Origin: Promethearchaeota archaeon
Lineage (GTDB): Archaea; Asgardarchaeota; Thorarchaeia; Thorarchaeales; Thorarchaeaceae
DNA: 6,799 nt
Assembly: GCA_027031765.1 (NCBI GenBank)
Contig: JALVPN010000124.1
Coordinates: 1-6,799, forward strand
Direction: 5' to 3'
Positions 1-5,266 of this stretch are shown piece by piece; the first letter of the stretch is position 1; each line of letters opens with the position of its first letter. Below the pieces are notes generated by a model. It searched no databases. It had not been told where the DNA came from and saw nothing but the letters and a program-made list of their open reading frames with translations. The position numbers and the translations under genes are program-made.

Positions 1-18
1 GCAGACGACGGGGACTGA
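1..18 (+). CDS. Possible 3' end of an unidentified plus-strand gene (…ADDGD*) converging on the Mut7-C gene
   Basis: Bases 1-18 read gca gac gac ggg gac TGA, ending exactly next to the Mut7-C TAG (19-21). Only 5 codons are visible, so this may be chance. Confidence 0.25.
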   Translation, partial: ADDGD

Positions 19-537
19 CTAGTCCGTATGCGTCCCATCAGCGCCGACAAGCCTCCGTCGGGCAATCAATGACCGGATCCTCTCCATGTAGCCCGTAATG
101 TTCTTCCAGTATGCACCTTGGAAGTATACAGCGTTGCAGTCGTGGCACAGCCAGAACGTGTCGTAGTGTTCGAACGTCTGCTCAAATACCAGCCCCCGGA
201 CGACCTCCTTCTCGTTGCCGGAGACCTCCACAAGCTCACCGTTGCACTTCGAACACCGTGCACGGGACGGGTCCACCTTGGGCTCGATGCCAAACCTGTC
301 AAAGACTTCGGCTACCACCTCGTCCACTGGCCCTCTGAGGAGTAGAGCGTCCAGCCCCCGTCTTGTTGCCCGCTCGTAGAGCTCCCCATCTGAAGTCAGG
401 AGTACTCGTCTATCGGAGGCCGCAACCTGCAGGAGCTCATCATCGTCCATGTCCGGGGCGTACAGCGTGTCGTTACCCGTGAGGCGCAGCCATAGCGCAA
501 CACGACCGAGCATTGCGTCCACCACGAATGTCGTCAT
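19..537 (-). CDS. Mut7-C RNase domain protein (DUF82/COG1656-like; PIN-like fold plus C-terminal zinc ribbon), 172 aa
   Basis: N-terminal FVVDAMLGRVALWLRLTGNDT, then DDELLQVA…RVLLTSDGEL, and two CxxC pairs (RCSKCNG, CHDC) followed by YFQGAYW match the Mut7-C architecture. ATG 537 overlaps the upstream TGA (ATGA, 534-537), with GGTGA 6 nt upstream. Confidence 0.9.
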   Translation of the reverse strand: MTTFVVDAMLGRVALWLRLTGNDTLYAPDMDDDELLQVAASDRRVLLTSDGELYERATRRGLDALLLRGPVDEVVAEVFDRFGIEPKVDPSRARCSKCNGELVEVSGNEKEVVRGLVFEQTFEHYDTFWLCHDCNAVYFQGAYWKNITGYMERIRSLIARRRLVGADGTHTD

Positions 538-1466
538 GGCCTCTCACCAAAGAACAGTCGCGCCGCATTCCTCCACATCACCTGTTCGAGGTCGCCCCTC
601 CGCACCTGTGGGTAACCGGTCTCAACGAGGCGTGACGGCATCTCCAGTCCCTCCCAGAAGGACGCCCACCTGTCGAGTGGCATGATGTGTTCGAACAGTG
701 GGAAGTCGCTACCCCACAGCGTCCTCCTAGGGAACACCCCGGTGACGGAGGCCTTTGCGAGCATCTCGTAGAGCAGTGTTGGGAGTCTTGCAGCATAGAG
801 CTGCCACCCAGAGACGTCCACGTACACGTTCGGGTTCTTCGCCGCCACCATGAGCGCTTCATCGACCCACGGTGTGCCCACATGTGCCAGTACAATCCGC
901 AGCTCCGGGAAGTCAACGGCGACCTGGTCCACATACACCGGCCGTGCATACTTGACATGCTTGTACCGCGACGTGAACCCTTGGTGGATGACTACTGGGA
1001 TGCCGAGCTCAACACAGAGCTCATAGTACGGGTAGAACTTGGTATCGTCTGGGTAGAACCCGTTCGGTGGGTACACCTTCCACCCACGACAGCCCCCCTC
1101 TGTCACGGAACGACGCAGCTCCGCAAGGCCCTCCCGTCCACGCCTTGGGTCGACACCAACGAAGGTGATGAGGTCGGGGCTCGCAGCAGCCTCTCTGATG
1201 TGCCAGTCGGTCTTCTCCCTGAGCGTCAGCGGCATGTCCTGGTTGAGCCCGCTGTCAATCGGTAGCACCACGGCCTGCCCCACACTCGCGGCACGCATTG
1301 CACCGAGGAGCGCACTGGTCGGCGAGTCCAGCAGTGGTCGCACGCCGGCCGACTCGGCAGCGGCCCTCCGGTTATCAATATCGGTCTTGCTCAGTATCTC
1401 TCGGATCCAGACATGGACGTGGGAGTCAATCTTCCGCATCAGTATCGTCCCATCGTCACGTTGCAC
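534..1466 (-). CDS. Amidohydrolase family protein (Amidohydro_2/COG2159-like TIM-barrel metallohydrolase), substrate unknown, about 301-312 aa
   Basis: Motifs IDSHVH (HxH), GWKVYP, VVIHQG, VLAHVG, VYVDVSG and LWGSDFP are present. The start is ambiguous. GTG 1466 is preferred because GGGAGG (1473-1478) lies 6 nt upstream; alternatives are ATG 1439 (MRKIDSHVH) and TTG 1472 (ORF track, no RBS spacing). Confidence 0.9.
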   Translation of the reverse strand: MQRDDGTILMRKIDSHVHVWIREILSKTDIDNRRAAAESAGVRPLLDSPTSALLGAMRAASVGQAVVLPIDSGLNQDMPLTLREKTDWHIREAAASPDLITFVGVDPRRGREGLAELRRSVTEGGCRGWKVYPPNGFYPDDTKFYPYYELCVELGIPVVIHQGFTSRYKHVKYARPVYVDQVAVDFPELRIVLAHVGTPWVDEALMVAAKNPNVYVDVSGWQLYAARLPTLLYEMLAKASVTGVFPRRTLWGSDFPLFEHIMPLDRWASFWEGLEMPSRLVETGYPQVRRGDLEQVMWRNAARLFFGERP

Positions 1467-1556
1467 CGGCAACCTCCCTGATTAGGTTTGTGTGGCCCGG
1501 GCCCTGCTGTCACTGCATCACCACACCTGTGCCAGTGGTCTGCCCACCTCTCAGGT

Positions 1557-2402
1557 CTACCCTGTCGTCCTCGCCTGGAGCTGCTGGACCACGTCCATTG
1601 GGACGGTGGCCGCCCCAAGGTCTGCCAGGGTGTCTGGCCCGTGATAGTCGCTCCCACCAGTCTTCACAAGTCCCAGTCTGTCGGCGAGTCGCCGGACGGC
1701 TGCGAGCGCCTCTCCTTGGGGCTGTCCGTAGGGGTACTCGGTCTCGATGCCCACCAGTCCAGCGTCCACCAGCTGTGGTACCAGTTCTTGCAGGCGGTGT
1801 CCAGTAATAAGCAGGGGGTGTGCGAGCACAGGAGCGGCCCCATCAGTCTGGAGCGTCCTCACCGCCTCCAATGTGTCCATCCTCATCTTCTTCACATATG
1901 CGGGCCGCCCCTCAGCAAGGTAGAGCTCGAATGCCTCATCAATGTCTCTGGCAAGGCCCATGCGCACGAGAATCCTTGCAAGGTGCGGTCGTCCCGGGCT
2001 CGGTGTTTCCGCAAGCACAGCCTGGACGTCCTCGTCCTTAAGGGGCACACCCAGTTCCCGCAGCCTTTCAGCCATCATGCCGAACCTCTTGTGCCTGCTG
2101 TCCGCTATCTGTTCCAGTCGCACAGCCAGCTGTCCGCCCCCCTGCGGGACAAAGTAGCCCAGTACGTGGATCTGGTGGCCGTCCAGCTCTGTGCTGACCT
2201 CCACGCCCGGGACACGCACGAACCCCGCTGGTGCCGGGGTCGAGAGGAACTCCTCCAGTCCCGCCACTGTGTCGTGGTCGGTAAGGGCAATGCCACCAAG
2301 CCCCTTCTGGACAGCACGCCCCACAAGCTGCACCGGGCTGAAAAGGCCGTCTGAATAGTGGGAGTGCGTGTGCAGGTCTACACGGTCATTGGTCCCCATC
2401 AT
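1557..2402 (-). CDS. PHP-domain metal-dependent phosphoesterase, TrpH/YciV (COG0613)-like, about 281 aa
   Basis: Motifs DLHTHSHYSDG, ALTDHDT, PGVEVST, IHVLGY, GRPHLAR, VLAHP and TGGSDYHG give a full PHP metal-ligand set. The start is moved from the ORF-track 2510 to ATG 2402 (or 2399), since GGAG lies 6 nt upstream and the start overlaps the end of the YkgJ gene. Confidence 0.92.
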   Translation of the reverse strand: MMGTNDRVDLHTHSHYSDGLFSPVQLVGRAVQKGLGGIALTDHDTVAGLEEFLSTPAPAGFVRVPGVEVSTELDGHQIHVLGYFVPQGGGQLAVRLEQIADSRHKRFGMMAERLRELGVPLKDEDVQAVLAETPSPGRPHLARILVRMGLARDIDEAFELYLAEGRPAYVKKMRMDTLEAVRTLQTDGAAPVLAHPLLITGHRLQELVPQLVDAGLVGIETEYPYGQPQGEALAAVRRLADRLGLVKTGGSDYHGPDTLADLGAATVPMDVVQQLQARTTG

Positions 2403-2796
2403 TGCTCTCTCCAACAAGGGTTTCCACGAGTCTGCGCACCCGCGGGCACAGCTCTGCAATCTCGTCTGCCGTAACGGTGACACCTGACGGGCAGTCCCTG
2501 TCCACCACACAGGTCTTCATCCGATAGTCATACACAACAGGGTAGTACCTGCACCCCTCCGGCCTGTGCTCATATATCCTGCACACCTTTTTCTCCGGGT
2601 CATAGAAGTAGCACAGGCCATCGACGTTCCTCAGTTCGACGAAGCCGTCTGGGGCCTGCCTTGTGAACTCGTCGGCCCGGAACCCCAGTGCCTCTATCCG
2701 TCGGATGTCGCTGCGTGTCAGGGTCATCTCCGTGTCCGTACAACACAGCCGGACGTCATTACATGCCCCATCGTGGTTACACTTGAATGGGGTCAT
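2386..2796 (-). CDS. YkgJ-family (CxxCxxCC, UPF0153-like) cysteine-cluster Zn/Fe-S protein, 136 aa
   Basis: N-terminal F-x-C…C…CC, central CYFY, and CRIYEHRPEGCRYYP (C-x-I-Y-x-x-R-P-x-x-C-R-x-Y-P signature); 10 Cys in total. ATG 2796 has a weak GGTG RBS. Confidence 0.88.
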   Translation of the reverse strand: MTPFKCNHDGACNDVRLCCTDTEMTLTRSDIRRIEALGFRADEFTRQAPDGFVELRNVDGLCYFYDPEKKVCRIYEHRPEGCRYYPVVYDYRMKTCVVDRDCPSGVTVTADEIAELCPRVRRLVETLVGESNDGDQ

Positions 2797-3055
2797 GTTG
2801 TCACACCGCCACTTCCCTGTGCCACTGCTGTCTTCATGGTATGTCCATCCGCCTGTGGGCCGCTACGTCCAGTCAGTCCACCCATGTGACAGGCTCCCAG
2901 AATATGACCGTTCCCGTCTGTACCGGTCACTCTACAAGGTGGACCTGTGCACCACTGGCAGGTGTGGGCCCCGGCCACAGGGACTTACCGGCCGGGACTC
3001 ACAGCGACCTGTTCTGAAACGCACACTGTGATACTATGGCAGTGCTGCCGAGGGC

Positions 3056-4204
3056 TCACTCGGCCGAGTCCGAAGTGTCCTTCGCCTTTCCAGTGGGCAC
3101 AATCTCCTCTTCGCTGAACCGGGCAGCGACCTTCTTCAGTACCGATGGCAGAGTCGTGTACTCCATGTCTTCAGAGTGCAACCGGTGGGGCATGAACGGG
3201 CCGTGTCTGCGCAGGTACTCGGCTGCCTCCATGCCACGCCGTCGGGTGATGTCGAATGCCACATCGTCGAACAAGTCGACAGGTCCGAGGAGCATCCCGT
3301 TGCTCACCTGGAAGCCTAGACCTATGACCCTTGGGGGCCCGTCGAACCTCGTGCACTTTGAGTCCCGTAGCGGCACTGGCAACAGGGGGCCCGCATGAGA
3401 GCCACGCATCCACCCTGATACGAGGTGTGGGAGTGTGAACGCCTCGAGCACCTCGCCCATGGCCGGCAGGCCTGAATGCGCGCGCACTATTGCCACCGGG
3501 TCGTCCTTTCCAATGTACTTGCCTGCAATCTGGTGCAGCTTGTCCGTACTGACCGCAGCGGTGACCAGTCCATCGTGTCGGTATATCTTCTTGATGACAT
3601 ACTTACCGGTGCTGCCAATCAGCGCCAGCAGGTCGTACATCTCCTCCGGGCACTTCATCTGGAGGTACGCAGGAGTCTGCTCATGGATGTCCTGGATCAC
3701 GAAGATGAACCCGTCATGCAGGTTCGGGTCGATGACCAGCCCTGCAGTGTTGAACGGGTCGGCATAGATCCTGAACAGCGGGAGGTTGAAGGCCCCGGGC
3801 TCGGTCTTGTCAGCACAGAATATCGCGATTGGCTCGGACTTGCGCTCCTCAATTGTCATCTCCGCCGAGCCAGGCCCCATCCCCTTGACGTTGCCACTGA
3901 ATGTGTCAGAGAGGATGTCCTGCCCTGCTGCGTAGATCTTCTTTTCCCGGGCCTCCTTTGTGCCCCTCATGAACGTGTCCCAGGCCAGTCGGTGCACTTC
4001 CTCACTGAGCTCGCCCTTGTGGTGGGTCATTATCAGTTCAAGGTCGTCACCAGCGTGGGTCACGTAGAAGTCATTTATGATGCCCTTCTCAACAGCCTCC
4101 TTCAGGGACTTCCTTGCAATCTCCAGCAGGAAGTCTGGGACGACAACGTGGCCTGCCAGTGAGCCGATGTCCGCCTTGATCACGGTGATGGTTGTCTCGA
4201 CCAT
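3056..4204 (-). CDS. fbp: Bifunctional fructose-1,6-bisphosphate aldolase/phosphatase (FBPA/P, class V FBPase), 382 aa
   Basis: Motifs IKADIGSLAGH, GDDLELIMTH, YAAGQD, ADKTEPGAFNLP, YIGKDDP (catalytic Tyr and Schiff-base Lys of the aldolase step), GWMRGSH, RFDGPPRV and MEYTT are all present. AAGGAG lies 9 nt upstream of ATG 4204. Confidence 0.97.
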   Translation of the reverse strand: MVETTITVIKADIGSLAGHVVVPDFLLEIARKSLKEAVEKGIINDFYVTHAGDDLELIMTHHKGELSEEVHRLAWDTFMRGTKEAREKKIYAAGQDILSDTFSGNVKGMGPGSAEMTIEERKSEPIAIFCADKTEPGAFNLPLFRIYADPFNTAGLVIDPNLHDGFIFVIQDIHEQTPAYLQMKCPEEMYDLLALIGSTGKYVIKKIYRHDGLVTAAVSTDKLHQIAGKYIGKDDPVAIVRAHSGLPAMGEVLEAFTLPHLVSGWMRGSHAGPLLPVPLRDSKCTRFDGPPRVIGLGFQVSNGMLLGPVDLFDDVAFDITRRRGMEAAEYLRRHGPFMPHRLHSEDMEYTTLPSVLKKVAARFSEEEIVPTGKAKDTSDSAE

Positions 4205-4213
4205 ATGAACTCG

Positions 4214-4219
4214 CTCCTT
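4214..4219 (-). promoter_or_regulatory. Shine-Dalgarno site of fbp (AAGGAG)
   Basis: Plus-strand ctcctt at 4214-4219 reads AAGGAG on the minus strand, 9 nt before ATG 4204. Confidence 0.6.
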
Positions 4220-4322
4220 CTCGTCTTGCTGCGACCTCTACCTGTTCTCTTGTGGCCCCAGGCCGTCGACCTACCTACCTCTCTCGTTATCGACCGGGTG
4301 CCCGAGACCACCTGTTTACTGG

Positions 4323-4346
4323 ACTATTATACCTCCATATAACAGT
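4323..4346. promoter_or_regulatory. Divergent promoter core: AT-rich imperfect palindrome ACTATTATA-cctcca-TATAACAGT containing opposed TATA-like boxes
   Basis: This is the most conspicuous AT-rich patch in the window and lies between the divergent fbp and udp genes. TTATAC is at 4327-4332 (+) and TTATAT at 4342-4337 (-); the arms match 8/9 as an inverted repeat. Confidence 0.55.
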
Positions 4347-4410
4347 ATTCACTTGTACATCGGCCGTGTGGAAGACTGAAATATGGCCCGGTGATGAAGT
4401 GGACATGTGA

Positions 4411-5256
4411 ATGTCGATGAGTGATGAGGACGTTGTGTCTGCCTCGCGACCAGTGACGCCTGACAGGAAACAGTACCACGTCGAGGTGGCAAGTGGTCAG
4501 GTGGCCCGGACAGTGCTGTTACCAGGGGACCCGCAGCGAGTGGCCCGGATAAGCTCCTTCTGGGACCACTATGAGGAGGTTGCGTCACACAGGCAGTTCG
4601 TGACCCATACTGGGACATACTCTGACGTCCCCATATCTGCCTGTTCAACGGGGATTGGGGGGCCTGGGACAGCCATTGCAGTGGAAGAGCTGGCGAATGT
4701 TGGTGCCCGCGACTTCATCAGGGTGGGGTCGTGTGCTGCGCTCCGGGAGGACATCGGCCTTGGCGACCTTGTCATATCCACGGGCGCGGTGCGCCTTGAG
4801 GGCACGAGCAAGCAGTACGTGCGTCCAGAGTACCCCGCATTCGCCTCGTACGAGGTGGTGCTTGCACTGGTGGAGGCGGCAGAGTCGTTGGGCCTGGAGT
4901 ACCACCTCGGGATATCAGCGTCAACCGACAGCTTCTATCTGGGCCAGTCCCGGCCGGGCTATGGCGGGTACGAACAGGACTGGAGCAGGGCACTTATCAC
5001 CGAACTGCATCGGGCCCGTGTCGTGAACTTCGAGATGGAGGCCGCCACACTGTTCACACTGGCATCGCTATACGGTTTTCGTGCAGGCGCCGTGTGTGCA
5101 GTGTATGCCAACCGGGCGCGCGACGAGTTCGCTGTGCGCGGTGAAGAGGACGTGATCCGCTGTGGCAACGAGGCGGTACGTGTCCTGGCGGAGCTGGACG
5201 AGGAGAAGGAGCGGACAGGAGCACGGTACTGGTCACGTCGTCTGCACCGCGTGTGA
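4411..5256 (+). CDS. udp: Uridine phosphorylase (PNP/UDP_1 family), 281 aa
   Basis: Motifs QYH (N-terminal His), VLLPGDPQRV, HRQF, STGIGGP, AVEEL, FIRVGS, RLEGTSKQY, DSFYLGQSR (Gln/Arg uracil-specificity pair as in E. coli Udp GQER) and NFEMEAA. The start may be 4411 or 4417. Confidence 0.9.
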   Translation: MSMSDEDVVSASRPVTPDRKQYHVEVASGQVARTVLLPGDPQRVARISSFWDHYEEVASHRQFVTHTGTYSDVPISACSTGIGGPGTAIAVEELANVGARDFIRVGSCAALREDIGLGDLVISTGAVRLEGTSKQYVRPEYPAFASYEVVLALVEAAESLGLEYHLGISASTDSFYLGQSRPGYGGYEQDWSRALITELHRARVVNFEMEAATLFTLASLYGFRAGAVCAVYANRARDEFAVRGEEDVIRCGNEAVRVLAELDEEKERTGARYWSRRLHRV

Positions 5257-5266
5257 ACTGGCGTCC

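Noticed and set aside
1557-1559. TAG stops of PHP (and Mut7-C, 19-21) as pyrrolysine read-through
   Set aside because: Both proteins are complete at the TAG, PHP hits TGA two codons later, and no pyl genes or PYLIS-like element are visible.
1488-2354. 288-aa plus-strand ORF (and other long antisense/alternate-frame ORFs such as 687-1265, 3476-4162 and 5844-6200)
   Set aside because: They lie opposite well-supported genes and have no recognisable motifs; they are the shadow ORFs expected in GC-rich coding DNA.
2403-2510. N-terminal extension of the PHP ORF given in the ORF track (MWWTGTARQ…)
   Set aside because: It would overlap the YkgJ gene by over 100 nt; an RBS-supported ATG at 2402/2399 sits just before the first PHP motif.
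2793-3017. Small ORFs in the fbp-YkgJ gap (61 aa minus, GTG start; 76 aa plus)
   Set aside because: No RBS, no recognisable domain, and composition unlike neighbouring genes; kept only as an alternative explanation for the gap.
3017-3033. GTGATA half-site resembling the Thermococcales glycolytic motif
   Set aside because: The TATCAC partner half is missing, and the site is downstream rather than upstream of fbp.
2797-3055. Selenocysteine read-through or SECIS (several TGA codons continue in the fbp frame past its stop)
   Set aside because: FBPA/P is complete at its stop, the read-through peptide is not protein-like, and no SECIS core or apical motif was recognisable.
4205-4342. 45-aa hydrophobic plus-strand ORF (MNSLLLVLLRPLPVLLWPQ…)
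   Set aside because: It overlaps the fbp RBS, leader and promoter; its leucine richness follows from the pyrimidine-skewed strand, and it has no RBS or promoter.
4376-4463. Possible C/D-box guide RNA (GTGATGA at 4391-4397 and 4421-4427)
   Set aside because: No CTGA D/D' boxes at canonical spacing (GTGA at 4407, CTGC at 4439, CTGA only at 4460); the second C-like box is explained by udp codons.
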